Shown here: in pieces, positions 9,351 to 19,534 of the stretch
How positions within the stretch are numbered: the first letter of the stretch is position 1
Layout of the letters: each line of letters starts with the position of its first letter
IMG/VR virus record: IMGVR_UViG_3300010048_000006
Span: 1-46,948 of that record
From: a virus
Taxonomy: Duplodnaviria; Caudoviricetes
Strand: one strand, 5' to 3'
Length of the DNA: 46,948 nt
The notes under the pieces: generated by a model
The model's database searches: none
What the model was told of the DNA's origin: nothing
The model's input: the letters and a program-made list of their open reading frames with translations, nothing else
Made by a program: the position numbers and the translations under genes

Positions 9351-9598
9351 CCGACGCACCCAAGACGCTGGCGGATGTAATGAGGGGCATCAAAACAACG
9401 GCCAACTCCTGTGTAATGGGAGAGGCGACGAAATGGCTCGCAAGGGCGAACCAATCTAATTTGGAAGAACTTGAACCAATCGCCGAGCAGCTACTGGCAC
9501 TGCCACGAACTAAAGTGTTCCTTGGCTTTGGTCCTAAAAGGGTCATGACAGTCGTAGATGCCGACGAGCTGGACGCGATTCTAGGACAGGGGGAGTGA
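9347..9598 (+). CDS. Hypothetical protein
   Basis: ATGA overlap with the upstream gene. Confidence 0.55.
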   Translation: MTDAPKTLADVMRGIKTTANSCVMGEATKWLARANQSNLEELEPIAEQLLALPRTKVFLGFGPKRVMTVVDADELDAILGQGE

Positions 9599-9927
9599 TG
9601 GCACAAACTTTCTGGAACGGTGAACCATGCGAGGCGCGGCGCGTGCTAATACGCATCGGAGACTGTCCATTTCCAAAAGGGTGGTACAAGCATCTTATCG
9701 GGACGGAGATTCGCGCCGTGGAAGTGAAATACGGTGGCAGCATCTTCTACCTTGCGGACCAAGACGGCAACGGCTGGCACAAAGTCACGGTTGAGCACGG
9801 CGGTCCACATTGGGGTCACAAGTCGGTCACGTGCGCAGAAATTATCAAAGAGCGCAAAGCGGAAGATTTGGACGGAGAGGATTGCCATTGTGCAGCGAGG
9901 CCGCGCCCGAAAGGAACGAAGCGATGA
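9595..9927 (+). CDS. Hypothetical protein
   Basis: Overlap-coupled ORF with GGGGAG RBS. Confidence 0.6.
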   Translation: MMAQTFWNGEPCEARRVLIRIGDCPFPKGWYKHLIGTEIRAVEVKYGGSIFYLADQDGNGWHKVTVEHGGPHWGHKSVTCAEIIKERKAEDLDGEDCHCAARPRPKGTKR

Positions 9928-10048
9928 GCGAGCAGCCAATAAATGATTGGTTTATCAGATCTTCTATCTGTAAAGATCTTTTCGTCACTCAAATGACAGG
10001 GATGCTCGATGCTGGTTGTTGTTCCACAGTGAAGAAAGGAGAAGTATT

Positions 10049-11395
10049 ATGAATGACGAGATAGATATGAGTAACTGGCTCGATAAAGAACTTAACAAGT
10101 CAAATATCCTCGTCGGTAAAATTGACACATCTGGTCGCATCCGACAGGATTTCGGTGATATAGATGCTCTTGCAACTTCGATTAAAAGTGTTGGTCTTAT
10201 TCAGCCTATTATCGTCAACCGAGAAAACAAACTAATCGCCGGCGAGCGTCGTTTACGCGCACTCAAAAAATTGGGTGTGGTTGAGCTCATACACACCGTT
10301 CATTTTCTATTTAACGACGAACTCGACCCTTTAAAACTTGCTGCTATGGAGGTGGAAGAAAATGTCAAACGAAAAAGCCTTTCATGGCAGGAAGAGGTAT
10401 TGGCCAAAAAACGTCTCCTTGATATCATGGTTCAAATACATGGCCCATCACGAAGCGGGCCTACAGCACGGACAGATATTATCGGAACTACATCAGCTGG
10501 TTTTGGAATTAACAAACTTGCAGTTTTACTTGGGGAGTCCAACGCGCAAACTTCAAAAGATGTTGAACTCGCGGAACTTATCACCTCAGTACCGACACTT
10601 GCTAAAGCTGAGACTAAAGAGGCTGCAAGACGTCAAGCCACTCTTGCGATAGCAGTAGCAACAGGACTACAACAAGCAGCACAAAGACCAAAGGTCGAGG
10701 GAGAAAAGAAGTGGACCCTTTACGAAGGAGATTTTGTTAACAATGTTAACAATATCAACAGCAATACAGTTGACCTCGTCATTGTGGACCCTCCCTACGG
10801 AGAAGATGTGCAAGGAATGGGAGCCAACTCCAAGCAACTTCTTGCTCGCCCGTTTGCTGATAGCAAAGCGGAAGTCCTCACTTTATGCAGCGCACTTGCT
10901 GCTCAAAGCTATCGTGTCTTACGAGAAGACCGCTTCGCTTTCTTTTTTTTCGGCTTTGCCATTTACAAAGATTTGGTGGCAGAACTTAGACTGGCGGGTT
11001 TCGAAGTGGATACTACTCCACTGGTGTGGGTTAAAAATACAGTCATAAATACCTCACCATACACGCGCTACGGCCGAGCCTACGAGCCTATTCTTGTCGC
11101 TCGAAAAGGCGAGCCTAAAATCCTTCGTCCTGGTCAAAATGACGTTATTGAGTTTTCTACAGTAACAGTCAGAACAACAACAGAGCAAAAATTGTACCAT
11201 GCTCAAAAGCCGGTCGAACTCATCGAGAAGTTCATCTTAGATACAACTATTCTTGACGGTCTAGTCGTAGACTTTTGTTCTGGAAGCGGAACGACTGGTG
11301 TAGCGGCGCTTAAATTAAAGCGACGAGTCGTCCTTTTCGAAAAGGATTTGACAGCATGTCAAATAATTAAGTCTCGTATGGAGACACTTAAATGA
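10049..11395 (+). CDS. ParB-like domain fused to a beta-class N6A/N4C DNA methyltransferase
   Basis: SIKSVGLIQPIIV...LIAGERRLRA...EENVKR (ParB/Srx). Then VDPPY, HAQKPVELI and DFCSGSGTTG (MTase, catalytic motif before the SAM motif). Confidence 0.9.
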   Translation: MNDEIDMSNWLDKELNKSNILVGKIDTSGRIRQDFGDIDALATSIKSVGLIQPIIVNRENKLIAGERRLRALKKLGVVELIHTVHFLFNDELDPLKLAAMEVEENVKRKSLSWQEEVLAKKRLLDIMVQIHGPSRSGPTARTDIIGTTSAGFGINKLAVLLGESNAQTSKDVELAELITSVPTLAKAETKEAARRQATLAIAVATGLQQAAQRPKVEGEKKWTLYEGDFVNNVNNINSNTVDLVIVDPPYGEDVQGMGANSKQLLARPFADSKAEVLTLCSALAAQSYRVLREDRFAFFFFGFAIYKDLVAELRLAGFEVDTTPLVWVKNTVINTSPYTRYGRAYEPILVARKGEPKILRPGQNDVIEFSTVTVRTTTEQKLYHAQKPVELIEKFILDTTILDGLVVDFCSGSGTTGVAALKLKRRVVLFEKDLTACQIIKSRMETLK

Positions 11396-11847
11396 GAATT
11401 GTCATCGAAACAATTCCTCACGAACAGCAAAGATACAACACTTGTGGAGATTGGCAATGGAACGACTCGGGAGATGTCCTTACCATTAAGGTGTCAAAAA
11501 TCCGTGAACCCCTTACAACAGGGTCTGATTTGATCACTCCTCTTTTTGCCGAAATGATTATTGGAATACACGAGCTCGTCGAGGCTTTAGGCTGTTCGAA
11601 GTACGGAATTACTCAAAAACAAGTCGACGATTTTGACAACGACAAAGAACTATTGGGTGAGTGCAGGGATTTGGGCATCGAGCCTGGAGACCATCCTCTG
11701 TCCCCTTACAAGATGCAACATCTTTTCGCGACAGGAATCGAAAAACTCCTTTGCGTCCTTTACGGAGTACCTTGGTTTCAGTACGAATCTGCTCTCATCC
11801 AAATGACGAAAGACTATGACGCCAACTCTCGAACAAAAACTGAATAG
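11392..11847 (+). CDS. Conserved phage hypothetical protein
   Basis: RYNTCGDW, HELVE and EPGDHPLSPY...QH motifs; possibly metal-binding. Confidence 0.7.
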   Translation: MRIVIETIPHEQQRYNTCGDWQWNDSGDVLTIKVSKIREPLTTGSDLITPLFAEMIIGIHELVEALGCSKYGITQKQVDDFDNDKELLGECRDLGIEPGDHPLSPYKMQHLFATGIEKLLCVLYGVPWFQYESALIQMTKDYDANSRTKTE

Positions 11848-12100
11848 GTTCTTTGAAGAATTCCGCAAGACGCTTCAACGCCAATCGTGTCGTTGGAAGT
11901 ACGACGAAGCTGAAATGGTACAAGCTCTTCAAGAGCTTGAAGCCTTTGAGAAGACACTTCGACACGCAGTGTCGTTAGCAACAGATTACGAAATCAACGG
12001 CTCTACAACAAAACATCAGACTCATTATCTGAATTGTCCTAAATGTATTGTGAGAAAGATGCTTGCCTTGCGCGAGGATCCTCTTGAGACAGAAAATTGA
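11816..12100 (+). CDS. Hypothetical protein
   Basis: ORF with HxxxCPKC. Confidence 0.55.
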   Translation: MTPTLEQKLNRFFEEFRKTLQRQSCRWKYDEAEMVQALQELEAFEKTLRHAVSLATDYEINGSTTKHQTHYLNCPKCIVRKMLALREDPLETEN

Positions 12101-14717
12101 AGAGCTTAAAACTTTTTGTAAAAGCCTCGGCCTGACCTACGTCGGTTTCCGAGGCAATCCTAGCTCACCAGTTTGGTGTATAGGCGAAGCTCCGGGAGCG
12201 GACGAGGATAGGTACGGCATTCCTTTTGTAGGAAGTAGTGGCAAAGAACTTGACAAAATGTTAAAGGAGGCTGATTTTGCTCCGCAAGAATACTGCTGTA
12301 TCAACCCCTACAAACTCCGACCACCAGAAAACGACATCTCAAGAATCGAAGAACTCGGAATCTCCAAGCAAGTCTATATCGACGCCTTTTTCGAAGAACT
12401 CCGCGAACATCGTCCTACTTTCCTATGCCCCCTCGGGGCAACTCCTCTCCAAATCCTTTGTCCCGAAACAAGCGACCGTAAGGATAACCAAACAAAAATA
12501 TCTAAATGGCGTGGGTCTTTGCTGCGATGTGGCAGACTCGACTGGCCTCATTATGTCCTTCCGAACCTGCATCCTGCGTATATCCTCAGAGAATGGAGTG
12601 ATAGAGATGTTGCCGTATTTGTCTTCAGAAAACTTAGAGAAGAGTTTGAATACTGGCAGCGAAACGCCAAGCTCCAACCCTTAGAAGAAAGACAGCTTAT
12701 CACCAATGCAGGTTTCGATGAAACTAAAGAGTTCTTATTGGAGTGTATTCACCATGACGGTCCTACATCATGTGATTTCGAACTTCTTCGTCGTTGTGTG
12801 CCTTATACTATTGCTCTTTCTTATCATCGTCACTGCGCTCTCAGCATGGAGCTTTTTGGTTTTCCTGAAAAGGAATTGGCTATCCTCTGGAGACTTTTGG
12901 ATACACTGTTGGAAAAGCGGATTGTCGGTCAAAACTGGTCAACTTTTGACGCAAACTGGGCTGCTGCTATCGGCCTCAACAGTGGCATTGATTATCTCGA
13001 CGATACTTTGGTGCGTCATCATGTACTCCATCCTGAGATGAGTCACAAGCTCGACTTTTTGGGGTTTCAATATACCAGGCTTCCTTATTGGAAAGACGAA
13101 GGTAAGGGCTGGAATGTTCGAGAAGGTATTCAAAAACTGAAGAAGTACAACTGTCTCGACGCCTGCGGCACGCTTGAAGTGTTCGAGGAACAGGAAAAAG
13201 AGTTCGAAGAACAGCCCGAGCTGAAACGCTTCTATTCTGAGTATGAAATGCCTCTCGCTCGGGCGTTTTACTACATCGACCAAAGAGGAACCCTGACCGA
13301 CAAACCCTCACTCGACGCGCTTAAAACAAAAGTGGTAAACGAGCTTAATGAGAAATGTGTCGATATATCTAAGAGCCTAAACGATCGTCCTGTTGTTTAT
13401 CGAAAGTCACTGGGCGAAGCCTTAGCGAAACAACTTGGTATTCCTCTTAACAGCATTCTTAATATAGCTTCTGTTCCTCAACTAAGAGAGGTATTAACCA
13501 ATGAACTCAAAATCAAACTTAAAAAAGACCGTAAAACAGGTAATGAATCCACAGGTGAGGAAGCTCTCAACGAAGCCTTCGCTGCTACCCTCAACCCGAC
13601 ACTTAAGCATATTCTACGGACAAGAGAACTTAACAAACTTCTCGGAACGAACATTGAAGTCCGACTACCAAATAACGTGTTTTATTCGTGCTCTGCTGTC
13701 ACAGGTACAGTTACCGGACGTAGAGCTTCACGTACAAACTTCTTGGGATATGGAAGCAACGGTCAGAATATCCCCAAACACAGTGACCTTGGCGAGAAAT
13801 TTCGTGGAATCTTTATCTCAAGACCTGGCAAGATATTCGTCGCCTGCGACCAGGCGTCGGCAGAGGAGTGGGTAGTTCAGGGGATTATTACCGACATTTC
13901 TGGAGATAGAAAAGGTCTGGACGAGCTGGAAAAGTCCATACGTACGGGTATTTCTCGTCACGCGATTCTTGCAAGTGAAATCTTTGGCTTGCCTATTGAA
14001 AAAACCAACAATAAAAATTGTCTAGAGTACTACGTAGGGAAGAAAGTTCGGCACGCCGGAAATTACGGAATGCAGTCCAAAAAAATGGCGGCTGTAATGG
14101 CGTCAGAAGGATTCCCAACCACTCCCGTTTTCTGTCAGAAAGTATTGACAAGATTCCATCAAGTGGAACCTTTGGTTAAAGGTGTATTTCATAAATGGGT
14201 CGAGGACTGTCTTGTTAAAACACGAGTACTTCGTACTCCTTTAGGAAGAAAACGGACCTTTCATGGCCTTCGCCCTTACGGAGACAACAATGAAGTCTTT
14301 CGTGAAGCCTACGCTTATGTTCCTCAGTCAACTGTTGGTGACAACACCGGAATGGCAGTTCTTTTCTGCCATTCCGTACCTACCGAGGTCGTCTTAAAAG
14401 ACGATCATGATTCTATCCTCACCGAAACAGATGATACTTTTGAAGCTGTTCTTCAGGCTGTTCAACTCCTACAAAAAGCATTTGACAGGATTCTTCACTT
14501 CCAAAACGGCTTGGAATTGAAGATTCCAATCGAGTTTGAGATTGGCTATTCCTTAAAAGGACTGAAAAAGTGTCCTCTCAGCCTGGACGAGACTTCATTA
14601 AGGACTATATACAGTTCATTAGCAGCGCAACGGAAAGTCCAATGCGTTACCACGAGTGGTGTGCAATTAGTATCATCAGCGCCACTCTCAAGCGAAGCGT
14701 CTGGATTGACCGCGTAG
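12063..14717 (+). CDS. polA: Family A DNA polymerase with N-terminal family-4 uracil-DNA glycosylase-like domain and 3'-5' exonuclease
   Basis: [10 protein letters not shown]...PFVGSSG and LHPAYILR (UDG). CDFE, QNWSTFD and YNCLDA (exo). [27 protein letters not shown] and HDS (pol). Start may be TTG at 12084. Confidence 0.93.
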   Translation: MPCARILLRQKIEELKTFCKSLGLTYVGFRGNPSSPVWCIGEAPGADEDRYGIPFVGSSGKELDKMLKEADFAPQEYCCINPYKLRPPENDISRIEELGISKQVYIDAFFEELREHRPTFLCPLGATPLQILCPETSDRKDNQTKISKWRGSLLRCGRLDWPHYVLPNLHPAYILREWSDRDVAVFVFRKLREEFEYWQRNAKLQPLEERQLITNAGFDETKEFLLECIHHDGPTSCDFELLRRCVPYTIALSYHRHCALSMELFGFPEKELAILWRLLDTLLEKRIVGQNWSTFDANWAAAIGLNSGIDYLDDTLVRHHVLHPEMSHKLDFLGFQYTRLPYWKDEGKGWNVREGIQKLKKYNCLDACGTLEVFEEQEKEFEEQPELKRFYSEYEMPLARAFYYIDQRGTLTDKPSLDALKTKVVNELNEKCVDISKSLNDRPVVYRKSLGEALAKQLGIPLNSILNIASVPQLREVLTNELKIKLKKDRKTGNESTGEEALNEAFAATLNPTLKHILRTRELNKLLGTNIEVRLPNNVFYSCSAVTGTVTGRRASRTNFLGYGSNGQNIPKHSDLGEKFRGIFISRPGKIFVACDQASAEEWVVQGIITDISGDRKGLDELEKSIRTGISRHAILASEIFGLPIEKTNNKNCLEYYVGKKVRHAGNYGMQSKKMAAVMASEGFPTTPVFCQKVLTRFHQVEPLVKGVFHKWVEDCLVKTRVLRTPLGRKRTFHGLRPYGDNNEVFREAYAYVPQSTVGDNTGMAVLFCHSVPTEVVLKDDHDSILTETDDTFEAVLQAVQLLQKAFDRILHFQNGLELKIPIEFEIGYSLKGLKKCPLSLDETSLRTIYSSLAAQRKVQCVTTSGVQLVSSAPLSSEASGLTA

Positions 14718-15760
14718 CTTTCAAACTTTATCCGAACCTCTACGTTGTATTGGTAGGTCGTCCTGGTCTGGGTAAAGGCGCTGCTATGAATCCAGCGATT
14801 GCTCTACTTAAAGATGCTGGAACGTCAAACATCCTTAGTGATAGAATTACAATGGAGTATGTCCTTGAGAAGCTGTCAAAAGGCTTTCCAAAGATGACTA
14901 ATCTTGGAGGCCAAAGTCTCAAAATCGGCGTAGAAGCTCAAGCCTTGCTTGTATCAACAGAATTATCTGTTTTTATAACTGCAAGTCAATTTTCAATAAC
15001 AGCATTGAGTGACCTCTGGGACAGTAAAGAAGGCATATATGGATACGGGACGCGCGGTAAGGGTGAGTGTAATATCAACTCTGCTTGTGTTTGTCTTCTT
15101 GGCGGTAGTGCTCAAGAGTGGTTGGTTAAGTCGATCCCTGCTGACGCTGTGGGGGGTGGATTTACTCGCAGGGTTAATTTTGTCTTTGCAGCGAAAAAAG
15201 ACAGAAAAGTTCCGTGGCCGACGAATAGCCATTTCTCACGAACAGACCTCATCTCGTCTCTTCAAAGAATGGGTCAATTAAGAGGCGAGTTCTCTTTTAC
15301 TATCGGTGCAAGAGCTTTGTTTCAAGGGTACTACGAATCTTGTGAGCCAGATGAGTTTGACGATGCTGCATCGGCTGTGTACAAGACGTCCAAATGGGCC
15401 AACGCTGCGAAGGTAGCTATGTGTCTCAGCGCAGCAAGGAATCATAACATGCAAATAACGGAGGAGGATTTTTCAGATGCCATAATACTTATCGAAGATG
15501 TAGCCAAAGACCTTCGAATCGTTTTTCGCGCTGTTGGTGAGTCGGACCTAACCGTCGCAGCGGAAAAGGTACTTCGGTTTGTCGAGATGAAAGGCTTTGC
15601 GGCGAGACATGAAATACTTCGCTATAATTGGAGGGATGTTTCAAGCGACGATCTTGACAAGATTTTAGCGACGTTACGCGAGGCAGGTATTATTGGGGAA
15701 AAGACAGTAAATAACAAAACGTTGTATTATTCAACAGACTCTTTGAAAGGAAAACCATGA
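14570..15760 (+). CDS. DUF3987-like P-loop ATPase (putative replicative helicase) with C-terminal winged helix
   Basis: LYPNLYVVLVGRPGLGKG, ELSVF, LSDLWD, GGFTRR; directly follows polA. Confidence 0.7.
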   Translation: MSSQPGRDFIKDYIQFISSATESPMRYHEWCAISIISATLKRSVWIDRVAFKLYPNLYVVLVGRPGLGKGAAMNPAIALLKDAGTSNILSDRITMEYVLEKLSKGFPKMTNLGGQSLKIGVEAQALLVSTELSVFITASQFSITALSDLWDSKEGIYGYGTRGKGECNINSACVCLLGGSAQEWLVKSIPADAVGGGFTRRVNFVFAAKKDRKVPWPTNSHFSRTDLISSLQRMGQLRGEFSFTIGARALFQGYYESCEPDEFDDAASAVYKTSKWANAAKVAMCLSAARNHNMQITEEDFSDAIILIEDVAKDLRIVFRAVGESDLTVAAEKVLRFVEMKGFAARHEILRYNWRDVSSDDLDKILATLREAGIIGEKTVNNKTLYYSTDSLKGKP

Positions 15761-16089
15761 CTTTAATTATAGCTCCAGAAAAGAAAGAGACTCCTCCTTC
15801 GCCGTTCAAAAAGATGTTGAACGGTCATCTCGTTGTTCAGATTGATGATTTCAAATACAGCGGCAGGCTCGTTATTCCAGACTCAGCCAAGCGGCGGCCA
15901 ACAAAGGGTAAGGTCGTCGCAAAGGCTGAAGATATCGTTGATATCGAGCTTGGCGAGACGGTACTGTTCAGCCAGTTTGCAGGCTACCTTCTCATATTCG
16001 AGAACATGCCTGTTATGCGAACCCTTTCTTACTCAGAAGTGCTTGGAATACTTAATGAAAGCGCTCCTGAATTGGCGGCGGAGGCTTAG
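15757..16089 (+). CDS. groES: GroES/Cpn10 co-chaperonin
   Basis: SGRLVIPDSAKRRPTKGKVVA...GETVLFSQFAG...SEVLGIL. Confidence 0.85.
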   Translation: MTLIIAPEKKETPPSPFKKMLNGHLVVQIDDFKYSGRLVIPDSAKRRPTKGKVVAKAEDIVDIELGETVLFSQFAGYLLIFENMPVMRTLSYSEVLGILNESAPELAAEA

Positions 16090-16090
16090 A

Positions 16091-16417
16091 ATGAATTTTC
16101 CTCAATTTGACGAATTTCAATCCGGGCTCCTTGCTGAAGTTGTCGCTATGAAAAATACTAAAGGAAAAGAATATGCAAACAGTAGCGACCGTTTTGAGAA
16201 TTTTAATCGCCTTGCAAAACAACTAGAACTTCCTCGCGACAAAGTGCTTCTTGTTTATTTGACAAAACATCTTGACGCTATTAACTATTACACGAAGACG
16301 AGAAATGATTCACCAAGCGAACCAATTCGAGGGCGAATTGTTGACGCTATAACATATTTGACAATTCTTGCAGGTATGTGGGCAGAAGATTCTGGATATC
16401 TTCAAGACAAAAAATGA
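16091..16417 (+). CDS. Nmad1/DUF1599-like (MazG-fold) nucleotide-modification-associated protein
   Basis: KGKEYA...FENF...KHLDAI...EPIRGRIVDAITYL. Confidence 0.65.
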   Translation: MNFPQFDEFQSGLLAEVVAMKNTKGKEYANSSDRFENFNRLAKQLELPRDKVLLVYLTKHLDAINYYTKTRNDSPSEPIRGRIVDAITYLTILAGMWAEDSGYLQDKK

Positions 16418-16599
16418 CCTTTACTGAGATAGGAAAACGTCTCGGTATTTCCCGTCAAGCTGCAAGGCAGTTGTATCAAAAAGCTATGTGGAAGTTAAGA
16501 ATGCAGAGAGCCTTGGAGGGATTCAAAAGTGAAAAGAGTAGAAGAAATGCTCATCGGAAAACCAAAAATGGACAAAATCTACGACTGTCTCGGAAGTGA
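16414..16599 (+). CDS. Sigma70 region-4-like HTH protein
   Basis: MTFTEIGKRLGISRQAARQLYQKAMWKLR. Confidence 0.75.
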   Translation: MTFTEIGKRLGISRQAARQLYQKAMWKLRMQRALEGFKSEKSRRNAHRKTKNGQNLRLSRK

Positions 16600-16840
16600 G
16601 CTTCATGAAAAAGACCTTGTGACGGTTTGTCCGAACAAACCTCTTGTCTTTCAAATAATAGCTCTACAAGCAGGAGGAGTTGACACTCCACAAGGAAAAA
16701 CGCCGGCGGTTATTCGTATCATTTGTGATATGAACATCGCCGGCGTTCCAGGTAGGCCCTTTACCTCAATTTTAAAGGCCAGCAACCCACAAAGCGACGC
16801 TATTGTAAGCGAGCTTATGAAAAGCGACCCTCCTGGGTAA
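16529..16840 (+). CDS. Hypothetical protein
   Basis: GTG start after GGAGGG; last gene of the + arm. Confidence 0.6.
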   Translation: MKRVEEMLIGKPKMDKIYDCLGSELHEKDLVTVCPNKPLVFQIIALQAGGVDTPQGKTPAVIRIICDMNIAGVPGRPFTSILKASNPQSDAIVSELMKSDPPG

Positions 16841-16848
16841 AGTAAAGG

Positions 16849-17034
16849 TCAGTGCCCTTTCTTTCCATGAGCTTCGGCAAACTTACTGCCTTTTCCTTTC
16901 GCCGCGCCCTTTCCATGAGCCTTGCTCCCTCCATGTGCAATCGGGCTTGAGGCACTACTTTTTGACGGTGAAATCTCAAGCCCTTTTGTGCATGACTTTA
17001 CGTGTTCCACTGACATGTCTGTTCCTGAAGCCAT
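16849..17034 (-). CDS. Small basic Gly/Lys/His-rich protein
   Basis: AAGGAGG RBS; repeated AHG(K/G). Confidence 0.6.
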   Translation of the reverse strand: MASGTDMSVEHVKSCTKGLEISPSKSSASSPIAHGGSKAHGKGAAKGKGSKFAEAHGKKGH

Positions 17035-17320
17035 TTGATCCTCCTTTGTGGATTATACCTCTCCGTTTGAACAGCTTCTTCACATCAATTCTTGCTACCA
17101 TCAACTGAATATCTCGAAGAGGTAGTTGAAGAAAAACTGTCCAAATTCTTTGTCGTTCTTTATTTGTTAGCCTCCCCACTTGCTGAGACCAAAGAAAATT
17201 CAACGCAGTAATAAGTTCATGACAAGACCGACACAGTCTTACAACCTGCTCTGGTGTGTAAGTCACATGATGACCGTCGGTGGGTCCGTAAGCCTCGCAT
17301 TTTATGCAAGTAGTAACCAT
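16976..17320 (-). CDS. HNH-like endonuclease
   Basis: CIKC...GHHVTY...LCRSCH. Confidence 0.65.
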   Translation of the reverse strand: MVTTCIKCEAYGPTDGHHVTYTPEQVVRLCRSCHELITALNFLWSQQVGRLTNKERQRIWTVFLQLPLRDIQLMVARIDVKKLFKRRGIIHKGGSNGFRNRHVSGTRKVMHKRA

Positions 17321-17335
17321 TAACTTTGTTAACAG

Positions 17336-19534
17336 TTACTCGCCCTTCTTATCGAGTGCTTCGTGTAGAAGGAACTGTAAACCTCGTATATATTCCTCTG
17401 TTGACAGATTCTTCTTTTTACGAAGTCCTTCCAACATCTTAAGCGATTCTGGTGCGTGCTCTTTAAGCGCTTCTTCTAGCTCGGGAATTTCAATTGGCAT
17501 TTGGTAAGGCTCAGTCGTCTTTTCAGCCCCCCCTTTACTTTGAGCACCAAGAATTTCCTGAGTCTCTTTAATCCTCGACCGACGGGCTGTCTCCCTTACT
17601 CTTGTAACACGTTCTACGGCCTTAGCCTGTTCCGCCAACCTTCCAGTACCGTATTTGTTCTTCTTAAACTCACGTAGTTCTTTGAATACCTGAGTCGCAT
17701 CCTCAATAGAAAGACCGCGAGCATCTTTAATCCTTTTTGGAGTCCAACCACCTTTTGGTTCGGGGTTATTCACCAACTCTTGAGTAACTTTATGAAGTGA
17801 GGATATATCAGACGGACCTACCCCTTTTTTAACCTCAGGCTGTTTAGGAGGTAGAGCCTTTGAAGACTTTGGTGTTACTGGCTCCTCGACCTTTCTAGGC
17901 TCAAATCCCGTAAGCTGTTGAGGAGGTGCCGACAACCTTCCTGGACTTATAGGACCTTCCTCTGGTCCTGCAGGGCCACTTCCCGGTGACGGTGTTATAG
18001 TCCTTGTCGGACTAGTCGGTGTTGGTGGGGGTATATTAACGTCTTTCGGTCCAGGAAGCTCCCTCTTATTAAGAACCTCCTCAAGTATCTCCGGTCTTAT
18101 CCTCATCGCACGACTAAGGCTGACAAGATAATTCGTCGCCATTCCTAGTCCCATTCCTACAGCTGCACTAGGGAGCCAGGGTAAGCCTGCGGCTCTACTA
18201 CCTACATATCCAGCGAAGCCTGTAGGAGTCGAGTAGATATATTTGAAAAGGCTTCTATACGACCTTGTACCAAGAATCTTTTTGCTGTCTTTAACAAAGC
18301 GAGAAATATCCTCGCTGTTAAGACCGTACTTCTTCAAATTCTTAAGAAGCTCCGCTGTTGCTCCACTGTCCTTTCCCAACGACTTTGCTACGTCCTGGCC
18401 TGAGGTGGATTTTTCGACACTATCAATAATATCTCCAAAATTGTGGGTCAGTTTGGCTTGTAGAGTGTTGTAGTGCTTCCACGAATCTTCCATGCCATAA
18501 TCAGACGCTGCTTTACCGAGCTTCTCAGTCATACTCTTATAAGCCGAGGCCAGAACAGACGTTCCATAGCCTTGGCTCTTGTGAAGTGCGTCATAAATCG
18601 CACTACGAAATTGTCTGGCGGCTTCAAAACTCCACAGACCACTCTGTGGTACGTCAGGAGCATGTTTAAGAAGGTTCTGTAACCAAGAATTCGCGCCGAC
18701 TGGAGTCTTTACTAATTTGCCAAACTCTGACGCAATATGTTGAGCCTCAGCCGACGCGTCAATAACACCTTGTGGATTCCTTGTATCAATGACATCAGAC
18801 ACCGCTTTCGCATGTTTGCCTATTTCAGTTTTGGCATTATCGACGGCTTTACCTATATCTCCTTGAACATCTAGACCCTTCGCATGAATATAAGTATCTT
18901 CATACGCTGCTCGTTTGAGTGGATTTAACAGACCCGGATTTTTTGCAACATGAGTAGCCCCGTCGACAACTCCTTTAACGTTAGGAGCCTCCATCTCCTT
19001 AGCTTTCTTTCCCAGAAGGGCATAAGTAATTGCCTCAAGAACAGACCCCCCAATATCTTTTCGACCAAGTCTTTCTCCAAACTCAGAACCAATAGGACCG
19101 AAGATTGGAATATCTCCGGCAAGCTCATGACCCCATTGTTCGGCTGTATGACCTTGCTGTTTTGCAGCTTGAGCTTTGGCAAACTCCTCCTTGTTTCCAG
19201 CGAGCAGTCTATCAAGCATCCCGTTTTTTCCTGTTACAGGGATGCGAGGATCAAAAATAGTTTGAAGAAACTGTCCTGTTCCTTTTACAAGTCCTGCTCC
19301 AGTATCGTACAAATGTCCTGGAGAAAAGCCGAGATAAGGCTCCTCTTTGGGAAGCTCGCTGTGCATTCCTTTAAGAGCGTCTGTCGACAAGAATGTCTGA
19401 AGCTTCGGATTACGTTGTATCATCCTGTCGACAAGTTTTGAATTGTCGAATTTTGCTAAAGTCGGATATTTCTTCTTTATCCGACCAGCAAGGTCATCGA
19501 CACTAAGATTTTGTTGTCCTTGTCCGTCCGGCAT
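17336..19534 (-). CDS. Putative internal virion / DNA ejection protein
   Basis: Large helical protein at the distal end of the virion operon. Confidence 0.55.
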   Translation of the reverse strand: MPDGQGQQNLSVDDLAGRIKKKYPTLAKFDNSKLVDRMIQRNPKLQTFLSTDALKGMHSELPKEEPYLGFSPGHLYDTGAGLVKGTGQFLQTIFDPRIPVTGKNGMLDRLLAGNKEEFAKAQAAKQQGHTAEQWGHELAGDIPIFGPIGSEFGERLGRKDIGGSVLEAITYALLGKKAKEMEAPNVKGVVDGATHVAKNPGLLNPLKRAAYEDTYIHAKGLDVQGDIGKAVDNAKTEIGKHAKAVSDVIDTRNPQGVIDASAEAQHIASEFGKLVKTPVGANSWLQNLLKHAPDVPQSGLWSFEAARQFRSAIYDALHKSQGYGTSVLASAYKSMTEKLGKAASDYGMEDSWKHYNTLQAKLTHNFGDIIDSVEKSTSGQDVAKSLGKDSGATAELLKNLKKYGLNSEDISRFVKDSKKILGTRSYRSLFKYIYSTPTGFAGYVGSRAAGLPWLPSAAVGMGLGMATNYLVSLSRAMRIRPEILEEVLNKRELPGPKDVNIPPPTPTSPTRTITPSPGSGPAGPEEGPISPGRLSAPPQQLTGFEPRKVEEPVTPKSSKALPPKQPEVKKGVGPSDISSLHKVTQELVNNPEPKGGWTPKRIKDARGLSIEDATQVFKELREFKKNKYGTGRLAEQAKAVERVTRVRETARRSRIKETQEILGAQSKGGAEKTTEPYQMPIEIPELEEALKEHAPESLKMLEGLRKKKNLSTEEYIRGLQFLLHEALDKKGE

